Part shown: piece by piece, positions 48,707 to 57,728 of the stretch | How the letters are laid out: each line of letters begins with the position of its first letter | Position numbering within the stretch: position 1 is the stretch's first letter | Origin: Leptospiraceae bacterium | Lineage (GTDB): Bacteria; Spirochaetota; Leptospiria; Leptospirales; Leptonemataceae | Direction: 5' to 3' | DNA length: 64,000 nucleotides | NCBI GenBank assembly: GCA_040217195.1 | Contig: JAVJNR010000008.1 | Coordinates: 1 to 64,000, forward strand | The notes under the pieces: generated by a model | What the model saw: only the letters and a program-made list of their open reading frames with translations | Databases searched by the model: none | What the model was told of the DNA's origin: nothing | Program-made: the position numbers and the translations under genes

Positions 48707-49390
48707 CTAAAATAAACCTGGTATAAGGCTTCGCGTCTTCTTAGCCCAGGCGTCATATTGGGCTCCGTATTTCCTGGCCAGATATCGATCCAGCATGGGT
48801 CCATTGAAGAATGCAAAAAAGCAAATTACAAGGATTACCACAATGGCCGAGTAAATGCTTCCAGTAATGCATGCCATACCGGCGACCCAGATAATATCTC
48901 CTGTATAGTTAATATGCCTGGCCAGTGCAAAGGGGCCGGTGGTATAGAGTTTTCCTTTGTTTTCAGGATGTTTCTTCCAGATATGACGGGCCAGCTCAGA
49001 TCCAGTATTCAATGAAGAGCCAAATAGGAATAGCCCCAGGCCCATCCATTCTAGCCATCCCACAGGTTCTTGATTAAAACGAACCAGCGCACCAAAGAAT
49101 AGAAAGTATAGAATGAATGCGAATGGTATACCCATCGCCTCCTCCCAGTTCATACTTCTTCGAAGCAGATAAATGAGAGTGAATAGTATTCGCAAGGTGC
49201 TGATTACCATGGCCAGGGCCAGAACGGCCCCTCGGATGGGATCTGCGGTGGGAGGCGAATACCCTGGCCAGAGTGGACTTGCAAACATCAGGTGCGATCC
49301 TCCGGCCAGTAGTAGTGCACCACTCAATACCACGAATAGTCTGGGCAGAGTAGATGCTGTTTTCTTTTCATATACAGTTTCAGAGTTCAT
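48707..49390 (-). CDS. DUF1295 / steroid 5-alpha-reductase-like membrane protein
   Basis: WK..PENKGKLYT.G.F...RHINY.GD motif; ATG 49390 overlaps the upstream TGA. Confidence 0.85.
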   Translation of the reverse strand: MNSETVYEKKTASTLPRLFVVLSGALLLAGGSHLMFASPLWPGYSPPTADPIRGAVLALAMVISTLRILFTLIYLLRRSMNWEEAMGIPFAFILYFLFFGALVRFNQEPVGWLEWMGLGLFLFGSSLNTGSELARHIWKKHPENKGKLYTTGPFALARHINYTGDIIWVAGMACITGSIYSAIVVILVICFFAFFNGPMLDRYLARKYGAQYDAWAKKTRSLIPGLF

Positions 49391-50001
49391 TGTTTCTTTT
49401 CCTCTTCGATTGGTCGATAGGGCTCCTCCACCGGCAGGTGGGCTACAAGAAGCTTTAAATAGAAAAGCGGTAGAAACCATTCCAGCCCCGGAACAGAACC
49501 GAACATCATGCTGATGATCAGCGCCAGCGAATACACCGAAAGGCTGATCGTTCTTTGTAGATAGATGGCTGAAAGCAAGATGGCCGTTGATGACAGGATG
49601 AGCACTAAGCCATGCATCAGGAGCCAGAAGTATCCAGTGCCAAATGTGAAGGCCACAATAGACAGATGAACGAGGTGCAATGAGATGAATCCCATGTGTT
49701 GCCAGAATCCCTGGCCTGAACGATGATACCATCGCTTGGCCGACGAAGTGGAGTTTGTAACGATTCCACCGGCTATGTCAAATCCAAGCAATCCTGCCAG
49801 TACTATCTGTAGTACCGTTTGCGAATTATAAATGGCATAGTATAACGTTGCAGAGCTTGCCAGCATAGGCAGAACAATTTGAGATGCGATTTCTGCCCGG
49901 CTTGCTCCTGGACCGGTGATTCGTGACATTACCCCATTGAAGCCTCGGGGCATTTTCGGTAGCTCCCAACTGGAAAAGGGACTGCTTCTAAATTCTTGCA
50001 T
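49387..50001 (-). CDS. Hypothetical membrane protein
   Basis: About 6 TM helices; DIAGGIVTN.T.SAKRWYH and HLVH motifs; overlaps the TetR stop. Confidence 0.7.
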   Translation of the reverse strand: MQEFRSSPFSSWELPKMPRGFNGVMSRITGPGASRAEIASQIVLPMLASSATLYYAIYNSQTVLQIVLAGLLGFDIAGGIVTNSTSSAKRWYHRSGQGFWQHMGFISLHLVHLSIVAFTFGTGYFWLLMHGLVLILSSTAILLSAIYLQRTISLSVYSLALIISMMFGSVPGLEWFLPLFYLKLLVAHLPVEEPYRPIEEEKKQ

Positions 50002-50608
50002 TCGGTAACACTCCAGATGTGCTATGATCCACCAATTCCAGAAAGGCATCCATTTGCTTGATTCTTTTGGACCTGGGAGTCTTGAAAAAAGCCCAGTGCA
50101 ATACAATCCCATCCATGCAGGAAATTAAAGTTCGCATGGTATTTCTTCCCGATTCAGGCAGTTGCATCCACTTTTGCAAGTCTCCGGCCATCTGATTAAA
50201 TACTCGGCCCACAAAGGTATTCATACTCCCTGAATCGTTTGCTATAGTGCTTCCAAATGCCTCAAAAAATAGCCGGGTCATATGTAGCTCCCCCTGAGTT
50301 ACTTCCAGAGACATGCGAAAAAGTTCCAGGGCAGCAATAGGGGACGGGGGATGAGAAGAAATGAATGCCTGTAAGTTACCTTGCATTTCTGAAAAGAACT
50401 GTCGAAACAACTCCTCCATCATTTCCTCTTTAGTCTGGAAGTATAGATAGAAGGCTCCTTTGGATATCCCCGCCATTTCGCAAATATCGTCGACTCTGGT
50501 CCGGGCATAGCTGGCAGTCTGGAAATGTTTGGAAGCTGCCTCCAGGATCCGTTGTTTCCCCTTCTGGCTGGTAGAAGCTTTTTGCTTTTTCTTGATTTCT
50601 GATACCAT
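49988..50608 (-). CDS. TetR/AcrR family regulator
   Basis: ILEAA..F....Y...V.DI...AGISKG.FY.YF.TKE HTH; RBS GGAG before ATG 50608. Confidence 0.93.
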   Translation of the reverse strand: MVSEIKKKQKASTSQKGKQRILEAASKHFQTASYARTRVDDICEMAGISKGAFYLYFQTKEEMMEELFRQFFSEMQGNLQAFISSHPPSPIAALELFRMSLEVTQGELHMTRLFFEAFGSTIANDSGSMNTFVGRVFNQMAGDLQKWMQLPESGRNTMRTLISCMDGIVLHWAFFKTPRSKRIKQMDAFLELVDHSTSGVLPNARI

Positions 50609-50631
50609 GGATATCTCCGGTCTCCTGAAAG

Positions 50632-50649
50632 TGACTGACTGGTCAGTCA
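50632..50649. promoter_or_regulatory. Putative TetR operator
   Basis: Palindrome TGACTGAC-TG-GTCAGTCA about 24 nt upstream of the TetR start. Confidence 0.75.
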
Positions 50650-50855
50650 TTGTTTAGCTGGAGCTTTCCTGCAAGCAAAAAATACTGATTTTCTCGGGTA
50701 GTAAGGAATTAGCTCCTTGCAGCGATGAGAGGAAAAGAGCTAATTCCGGTATATGCAACTTCAGAATCACCTTCTAGTCGGTGAGATTATGAATGGCCAC
50801 GCCTGCAGCCAGCTACAGGCAGTCAACTATCCAGAATAGAAAGCCCGATTTCGAA

Positions 50856-52037
50856 TCAGATGATCATATCCTCAATGGGCCTTCGCGGTGCTTGAAAATC
50901 TTCTTCGCTGCGTCCCAGCAATGCATTGATTTGAATTTTCGCTGGAGGATGCACTCCTACAAATCGATTATATTTTTTGGCCAGCTTCATCATTGCCGGG
51001 AATTCCTGCATCAGCTGGCTTGTGGGCCGCATTACCAGTCCCAGACTGTGGGCCGCCAGTTGAAGCCTGGCATAGTCCCTTCCACAGAGCACCCAGTCTT
51101 TTACTGTATTGGTGGAAGTGATGAGTAGAATCTGCCCCTTAACAGAGAACAGATTCTCTCGGTAGCTATCTAGAAAGGCAGTCTGGTTGGACGAAGAATG
51201 AAATACATCCGGGTCATGGCTCAAAAAGAATGTTTCAAAGAACCATTTCTTCAAACCTGTTATACCATTGCCGGCCAGGGAAATTCCATCCCTCTTACCG
51301 TAGATCTCATCGTCTCCAATGCGAAACCATTTTCTGGATTCATCGGCCGTGGGAAAATAACCCATCTCAGATTCCATGCCCTGAAAATGAAACTTTAGAT
51401 GTTCTTTCAGATTCTGGGAATTGGTGGATTTTAGTTTGCTTACTCGTGGTGCCGTCAGCTGAGCTAATGCATGGTATTCCTCTTGAGTGATATCTGGACC
51501 CCCATAGGCAGATCTTACCGTTCTGCGATGGCTCACGAAGGCATACATGGGATCTTTAAATTCAGAAGGCAGGAGTCGGATTCGAGCTACAGGTTTCTTT
51601 CCCAGGTCTTTGGTAGGATCATAACCCTCCGGAAAAAGTGAGATTCTAGATTCCATACCGATTTCACCGGCCCCCACAGAAAGTAGCTCCAGAAGGCATC
51701 CCTGTCCTAAATGGACCTGGCGGAATGTTGGATCTGTTTCAGGCAAAATTCTAGTTTCATCTACGTAGAGCAGGGCCTCGGTGTCCGAAATCAGTCGAAA
51801 CTTCCAGGCCTGCGTATTATGCGGATTGGGAGCCGAAATACCCACAGCCAGTGCTTGCAGGATCGGAGTCTGCAGTCCGGAAGCGCGCGCATTCTGGAGT
51901 GGATCTGTTGCGCCTGAACTGAAACGGGCCTGGGAGTATGTGGAGCAATGGGAACCCAGGGCAGCTGCAGTGATGAACCCTCCAGACTTAAAAAGGAAGT
52001 CCTGGCGACTTAATTGGGATTGTCTTCTTTGTTTCAT
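50856..52037 (-). CDS. Acg-like FMN-binding nitroreductase-fold protein, probably exported
   Basis: APNPHNTQAW, LP.TDP..RQ, RRT.R and GR.YARLQL motifs; N-terminal SRQDFL plus hydrophobic stretch and Cys. Confidence 0.85.
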   Translation of the reverse strand: MKQRRQSQLSRQDFLFKSGGFITAAALGSHCSTYSQARFSSGATDPLQNARASGLQTPILQALAVGISAPNPHNTQAWKFRLISDTEALLYVDETRILPETDPTFRQVHLGQGCLLELLSVGAGEIGMESRISLFPEGYDPTKDLGKKPVARIRLLPSEFKDPMYAFVSHRRTVRSAYGGPDITQEEYHALAQLTAPRVSKLKSTNSQNLKEHLKFHFQGMESEMGYFPTADESRKWFRIGDDEIYGKRDGISLAGNGITGLKKWFFETFFLSHDPDVFHSSSNQTAFLDSYRENLFSVKGQILLITSTNTVKDWVLCGRDYARLQLAAHSLGLVMRPTSQLMQEFPAMMKLAKKYNRFVGVHPPAKIQINALLGRSEEDFQAPRRPIEDMII

Positions 52038-52323
52038 AGCAGTAGTCTAACCTTTGTTTTTCCGTAATTCGACCGTCCCTGCAGGGCTGGTCGAGAAAAG
52101 TAAGGAATCCTGCAAGATTCGCTCGGTCCAGGAAGTCATGGCCCGGGCCTGCACCCAGGGGCCGGAATTGGAATTTCCGGAAGAATCATGGAATTCCAGG
52201 CGAGAACATTGGATGGCAGTTCGTAACACTTTGGGCATTGCGAATGCTCGGTGGCGAACCTGACAGCCTTTGAGTGTGGCTCAATTTTGCTTTCCACCGT
52301 TTTCAATTCTCTGAGAATTAGCT

Positions 52324-53439
52324 ATGGATTTCATCCATGGGGCGGGCATTGCTCAATGTATTCTTCTGGCTGTCTACTTCCTCCATAAGAGGAAGGAGCC
52401 CGGAAATCTGTTGGAATCAGTCCTGCTTCTGATAGTGGCCGCCACCATCGGCATTGGCTACCTGTATGCTACGGGGCTTGTACTGAAATGGCCTCACCTG
52501 GGCCGATTTGGCTTCACTTTCATGTCCCTGATTGGTCCGCTTTTTGCGCTTTCGATGAAAGCCCGGGAAAGCAGAGGAATCCAAAAATGGGATTCACTCT
52601 GGTTTATTGTTCCTCTGGGTGTTACTGTATATCTAATTCCATTCCATCTTTCTTCTGTGGATGAGAAGATGAGATACCTGCGAGAAGATCTGGTAGAGAT
52701 TCATCTGGATTGCGTGATCATTCTGTATCTGGCATTGTTTAATAACCTCTTTTCTATGGGCCATTCAATGCTGTCTATGTACCGATGGGAAAAAACCAGT
52801 TCGAACTTTTCGAATATTGGAATTAGCATGGGTGCCAGAGCTTACTACTGGATACCAATTTCATTCTTGTTAATTGCAGCTTCCTATTCAGCTTTCGATC
52901 CCAACGTATTGAACTCAGGTCTTTTTTCCGCTGCCGGTTCTTTGATTGTTCTACTCAGGGCCTATGTATTGCTCTACAATAGAGAGACGTCTGGCGAAAA
53001 TCATGCGATGTATCCGCCAGAGTTGCGTTATAGAAAGAATTTACTGCCAGAGGATTTGGTGCAGCAAAAAGGTCAGACCATTTCCGAGTACCTGGATGAA
53101 GAAAGCCCTTTTCTGGAACCGGACTTTCAGCTACCGCAACTTGCAAAGGCGGTGAATCTGAATACAGTTCAAGCCTCGCAGATCATAAACCGATATTTCA
53201 AATGTTCCTTTATCCAACTAATTCAAAAAAGACGGGTGGAACATGCTGTAGATCTTCTGCGGCAAAGAGATGAATCCTTCTCGATTCTGGATATTGCAAT
53301 GGAAAGCGGCTTCAATTCCAAATCTTCTTTCAACGCTTCATTTCGCAGAATACACGGTCAGTCTCCCAGTGAATACAGAAGGTCAAAACAAAACGATATG
53401 ACAGACTCTGGCCGCCCGGTCCGAGGGACTCTCGAATAG
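52324..53439 (+). CDS. Membrane-anchored AraC family regulator
   Basis: About 7 TM N-domain; C-terminal IA.ESGFNSKSSFN..F....GQSPSEYR. Confidence 0.92.
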   Translation: MDFIHGAGIAQCILLAVYFLHKRKEPGNLLESVLLLIVAATIGIGYLYATGLVLKWPHLGRFGFTFMSLIGPLFALSMKARESRGIQKWDSLWFIVPLGVTVYLIPFHLSSVDEKMRYLREDLVEIHLDCVIILYLALFNNLFSMGHSMLSMYRWEKTSSNFSNIGISMGARAYYWIPISFLLIAASYSAFDPNVLNSGLFSAAGSLIVLLRAYVLLYNRETSGENHAMYPPELRYRKNLLPEDLVQQKGQTISEYLDEESPFLEPDFQLPQLAKAVNLNTVQASQIINRYFKCSFIQLIQKRRVEHAVDLLRQRDESFSILDIAMESGFNSKSSFNASFRRIHGQSPSEYRRSKQNDMTDSGRPVRGTLE

Positions 53440-53443
53440 AGTC

Positions 53444-54028
53444 TTATCTACCTGCGAAATAGGATCTTACATTTTGAATTATGGCCGGAGCTTCGGTCTC
53501 CATTCCGTACTCAATGAGCCAGTCCGGTACCAGAGATAGGCCCGGATCAAACCTCACCCGATAAATCATCAGTGCTCCCTGACCATGGGGATGCAACCTC
53601 CAGGCTCCTTCATTCACCTTGATGCTTCCATCGATTCTCTTCCAGGAAATCGCATGTTTGGATGGAAAGAACCTGGTTTCATTCAAGGACCATCGATCCT
53701 CCAGAGGCCAGGGAAAGGCCAGCACCGAATAGAAGTGATACAGATTTCCTTTACGGTATCTCTGTTCATTTCTCTTCACTTTGGGAAAAAGTCGATGTAC
53801 CAGGGAAGGGTCCGTCAGGGCCCGGTATATTTCTTCTGGTTTTGCATCTATATATCCTACCACCGTAACAATGCCCAGGCTACCGCCTTTTCGAACCAGG
53901 CTTTTTCTGATTTCCTGTCCAGCAGGCAGAGGATTGATATTTTCCGGCTTCAAGGAATCCGGCTCGATGGCCGGCAACGAAGCAGTTATAAATACCAGGA
54001 TGCAAAAAGCTCTAGCTAACATGACCAT
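53444..54028 (-). CDS. Secreted SRPBCC/START-like lipid-binding protein
   Basis: Signal peptide; FPWPL.DR, W....G......G.W.L and DPG..VP.W motifs. Confidence 0.8.
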   Translation of the reverse strand: MVMLARAFCILVFITASLPAIEPDSLKPENINPLPAGQEIRKSLVRKGGSLGIVTVVGYIDAKPEEIYRALTDPSLVHRLFPKVKRNEQRYRKGNLYHFYSVLAFPWPLEDRWSLNETRFFPSKHAISWKRIDGSIKVNEGAWRLHPHGQGALMIYRVRFDPGLSLVPDWLIEYGMETEAPAIIQNVRSYFAGR

Positions 54029-54270
54029 TATTTTAGCTATCTCTATTTCATATTTATGTCGGATGGATTAGATTGGCGTGGCGAAAATGTAGCCGACATC
54101 TGGACTGCTCCAATCTGCAATGTGCATCCGGATGGTCTACAGCCACTCTCTTGGATAATAGTCTATAATCTTCAGTCCCAGTTCGGGTATAGAATGGGTT
54201 GTAAATCCGAATCCTGTACATCCATTTTTATAATAGATTGATTCCAGAGGTTGGTACAGGCAAATACCCC

Positions 54271-55392
54271 ATGCGACGCGTTACCCTGGACCGTCTTAAG
54301 CAGGTCTTCTTTTTCACTTTGTATTTTTGTACGGTCTCACTGCTTTTGTTCTTCAACGATGCCTACATTCGCACAGCTCCGGATCTGCAGCAGATAGGGC
54401 CCTATTATCCTTACCAGAATCTTTTGTCCTACCTGGCCGGAGGCCTGTTCGGGGGATTAATGGTGGCCATATTTGAGCTTTTCATTCTGGGCAATCTATT
54501 CAAAAAGTACGGGCTTCTGGTTCTTGGAGTAGGGAGGGGCCTGTTTCTGGTATTGCTTTACTTTATCATGAGTCTTGCACTATCATTTGGCTATAATTGC
54601 ATTATCACAGGTCTACCGCCCTATCACAGTGAAGTTCTATCCTCTGTATGGATCTATATGACTGGACCGGTCCTGCTAATTAATCTGGTCTTCTATTCTG
54701 TCTTTGTTATCATTCTTATCTTCTTTCATCAGATCATTGATCTTGTAGGCCGCGGCGTACTGGGCAAGTTTCTATTTGGAAGATACAAGGTTCCAGCCGT
54801 TGTGGATAGGACCTTTTTGTTTATGGATATGAATGATTCCACTTCCATCGCAGAAAGGATCGGGCATGTTGCCTTCTTTGAGCTGATGCAGGACTTTCTG
54901 GTCGAGGCCGGTGTGGAAATCCGGGAGCATGGAGGGGAAATCAACAAATATGTAGGCGATGAAATCATTGCTCTGTGGAACATTGATCAGGGTGCGCGAA
55001 ATGGACTGGCTCTTAAGGCACTGCTTGCCATAAAGAAGAGGCTGGAATCAAAATCAGGATATTTCGGAGAAAAGTACGGAGTGGTGCCGGATTTTAAGTC
55101 TGCACTTCACATAGGTCCAGCCATGGTTGGCGAACTGGGAGACTGGAAAAGAGAGGTTGCTTTCATGGGGGATTCAATGAATACAACGGCCCGGATCCAG
55201 GGGGCCTGTAAAAAGCTGAAGGCGCAAATCCTGGTAAGCGAAGATTATTGCAACGCACTGATCGATACTACAAGATATAGGCTGGAATTTGCCGGAAAGG
55301 GAAGATTGCGAGGTAAAGAGGCCCCGTTGAGTCTGTACCGAGCTTCATCTCTGGAGGCCTGGCCGGCCATGCCAGATGCCGGTGAAAAATAA
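54271..55392 (+). CDS. Membrane class III adenylate/guanylate cyclase
   Basis: 4 TM helices; FMDMNDST, KYVGDE and GDSMNTTARIQ motifs. Confidence 0.92.
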   Translation: MRRVTLDRLKQVFFFTLYFCTVSLLLFFNDAYIRTAPDLQQIGPYYPYQNLLSYLAGGLFGGLMVAIFELFILGNLFKKYGLLVLGVGRGLFLVLLYFIMSLALSFGYNCIITGLPPYHSEVLSSVWIYMTGPVLLINLVFYSVFVIILIFFHQIIDLVGRGVLGKFLFGRYKVPAVVDRTFLFMDMNDSTSIAERIGHVAFFELMQDFLVEAGVEIREHGGEINKYVGDEIIALWNIDQGARNGLALKALLAIKKRLESKSGYFGEKYGVVPDFKSALHIGPAMVGELGDWKREVAFMGDSMNTTARIQGACKKLKAQILVSEDYCNALIDTTRYRLEFAGKGRLRGKEAPLSLYRASSLEAWPAMPDAGEK

Positions 55393-55439
55393 ATACAACC
55401 CCGGTGGCCGCAGTTCTGGGAGCTTCCATTCCCTTTCGA

Positions 55440-56162
55440 CTATTGCAATTCTACGTCAGCGATGAGGGGAAGATGGTCTGAAGCGATTCGGGCCAGTCCA
55501 GAGGAATGTCGTAATTGCCGGTGGCCAGCGAGTGGGCCCAGAAAAAGGATTCGATCCAGAGAAATAAAAGGAAACCTGGCCGGAAATGTGGGACTGCTGA
55601 TCCATTGACCATGGAGGTTATTGCGAATATACCGCAGTTGTGTAGAGAAGGGCCACCAGATGTTTAAATCTCCCAGCAGGAATGCATGACTGCTCGCCGC
55701 TTTTCTTAGCTGCTTTATTCGTGCAACCAGACGAAGGATTTGCTGCCAACGTTCGCGGTAGCCCAAACCCAGATGAGTGGCATAAACCTGAATTCGGAAG
55801 TTTCTGGCCATTGAGCCAGGCAATAGGGAGCAGTCCAGTTCGCAATGCAGCATTCCCCGAGGCTCTCGATTTCTGTAGTTTAGTATAGTTCTTCCGTGGT
55901 TCTGGAGCGGAAAGCGGCTCAAGATGGCATTTCCATAGTAACCAGGACCGGTGGGTCCTGCTACAAAGTGCAGCCCCTTTAGACGTGCAAGCCTCTGGAA
56001 CTGCTTTCTACCATTGGTTTCATCGCCCAGATCACCCACTTCCTGAAGGGCTATGATGTCTGGATTCATTTCTTCTATTACCTGCACAATCCGATCCATG
56101 GAATGAATCCCATCCCGACCAACTCCTCCGTGGATATTGTAAGTTGCTATGCGAATCTTCAT
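55440..56162 (-). CDS. Endonuclease/exonuclease/phosphatase family protein
   Basis: TYNIH, LQEV, GNAILSR, THL, GDLN, LDRI and SDHLP motifs. Confidence 0.92.
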   Translation of the reverse strand: MKIRIATYNIHGGVGRDGIHSMDRIVQVIEEMNPDIIALQEVGDLGDETNGRKQFQRLARLKGLHFVAGPTGPGYYGNAILSRFPLQNHGRTILNYRNREPRGMLHCELDCSLLPGSMARNFRIQVYATHLGLGYRERWQQILRLVARIKQLRKAASSHAFLLGDLNIWWPFSTQLRYIRNNLHGQWISSPTFPARFPFISLDRILFLGPLAGHRQLRHSSGLARIASDHLPLIADVELQ

Positions 56163-57680
56163 TCATTCCAGGGGCAGAATGTCTGCCAGGACCTTTTGCA
56201 GCTCAAGAGGTTTTTCCGGATCTATGGAGTCCTGTGGAATCACTGCATCGAGAAAGGGATCCGTCTCTGTCTTTAATGGAATTAGTGTTCGGTCTTTCCC
56301 GCGAAAGCGACTTATGGTTCCTGCAAGGCTATCTTCCTGCAATGATTTCTGGATAGATTTCGAATCTGTTCCCAGATGTTCCGAAAGCAGTCGAACCAGG
56401 TAATCACAAATGCCTTGCTCGATGCTGTCCGCTCTGGAATCTCCTATTGCTTTCGATGAGCCTTCCATGGATTTTTCGCTCCGGGGCCGGGCAAGATTTG
56501 AATCCAGGGCAATGCTGCATTCTGTATCCAGTCCCATGGAGCGGTTGCTCAGATTGGTGGAACCTACGAAAGCAATTCTGTTGTCCACTACCATGGTTTT
56601 AGCATGCACAAATATATCCTCACCTTTGATGGATGGATAATAAATGTAGAGCCGACCATAAAGATCGGATTCTCGGAGTCTTTGTACAATTCGATGTCGC
56701 AGTACTCCCATGGTTGCCTCCTCAAGCCAGCCGGGGCATTCATGGGGAGTTACGATTACTAATTCTGGGCCCTCCGAGGCAGATAGCCTTTCACAAAGGG
56801 ATTCGGCGATGGATGTAGATGTAAGATACTGGTTTTCTATATAGATATAATCCCGAGCACTGGAAATCGCTTCCTTGAGAAATGCTTCGCTTTCTCGCAC
56901 TTCCGGCCTATTGTCGAACGGCGGATCCGTGCGGATAATACCCACGTTTACATCCCTCCAGGTCGAAGGAACCTTCTCTGGCCAGATGTCCCGGGTCGTG
57001 GGCGGCTGAAGCAGGTTTCCAGTGGCTCGCATCCAGCGATTTCGAGCCAGTTCTCCCAGACATCTGGCAGCTTCTCCGGAAACCATGGCCTGAATATCAT
57101 GAAAGGAATTGTAGGATTCTCCGTCCGGTCTATTCCGACCCGGGCCCTGGGGAAGATGCATGGCAGTATCCCAGCGCTGCCCGGTAAGATCGATTCCTCC
57201 GGCAAAGGCAATGCTATCATCAATTACTACCACTTTTTGATGATGGGAAGCGCCTGGAGGATGATTATTATCAAATTGAAAATCCAGACGATTACTCGCT
57301 TCCCAGAAAAGCTTAATGCTTGCCATCGCTTCCCGTTCCAGTGCATAGATTACGGAATAGTCCCAGTTCAGTATATGAATGCGAAGATCCGGTGAGCTTT
57401 CCAGAAGCTCATTTAGAAAGGCAAGTAGGGTGATGGAGTTTCCAGGCAATGGTTCCGGTGCATGAGATAGTGTACGTTCTTCTTCGCTCATATCTGCTTC
57501 CCGGTTGAGCAACAGACGGCTGTCCAGATCCCATCCAAGAATCAGGATGGACTTTTTGGCCAATCGGGCAGACTGCATAAATGCATTATAATAGGAAGCT
57601 GCATCGATGAGAAATTCCAGCCTGGTTGCGGATGCAATATGCCAGGCAGTCTTTCCCTCTTTTATGACAGGTTCAGACAT
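56163..57680 (-). CDS. Phospholipase D family protein (two HKD motifs)
   Basis: HHQKVVVID...GGIDL, YIENQY and VHAKTMVVD...GSTNL motifs. Confidence 0.92.
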   Translation of the reverse strand: MSEPVIKEGKTAWHIASATRLEFLIDAASYYNAFMQSARLAKKSILILGWDLDSRLLLNREADMSEEERTLSHAPEPLPGNSITLLAFLNELLESSPDLRIHILNWDYSVIYALEREAMASIKLFWEASNRLDFQFDNNHPPGASHHQKVVVIDDSIAFAGGIDLTGQRWDTAMHLPQGPGRNRPDGESYNSFHDIQAMVSGEAARCLGELARNRWMRATGNLLQPPTTRDIWPEKVPSTWRDVNVGIIRTDPPFDNRPEVRESEAFLKEAISSARDYIYIENQYLTSTSIAESLCERLSASEGPELVIVTPHECPGWLEEATMGVLRHRIVQRLRESDLYGRLYIYYPSIKGEDIFVHAKTMVVDNRIAFVGSTNLSNRSMGLDTECSIALDSNLARPRSEKSMEGSSKAIGDSRADSIEQGICDYLVRLLSEHLGTDSKSIQKSLQEDSLAGTISRFRGKDRTLIPLKTETDPFLDAVIPQDSIDPEKPLELQKVLADILPLE

Positions 57681-57728
57681 ATTGTCATGATTGGAAATGA
57701 GGGCAGGGAAACAAGGAAAAGCTAAGCT

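Noticed and set aside
49391..49732. N-terminal extension of the DUF1295 ORF
   Set aside because: It overlaps the upstream membrane-protein gene in another frame. The ATGA overlap at 49387-49390 marks the real start.
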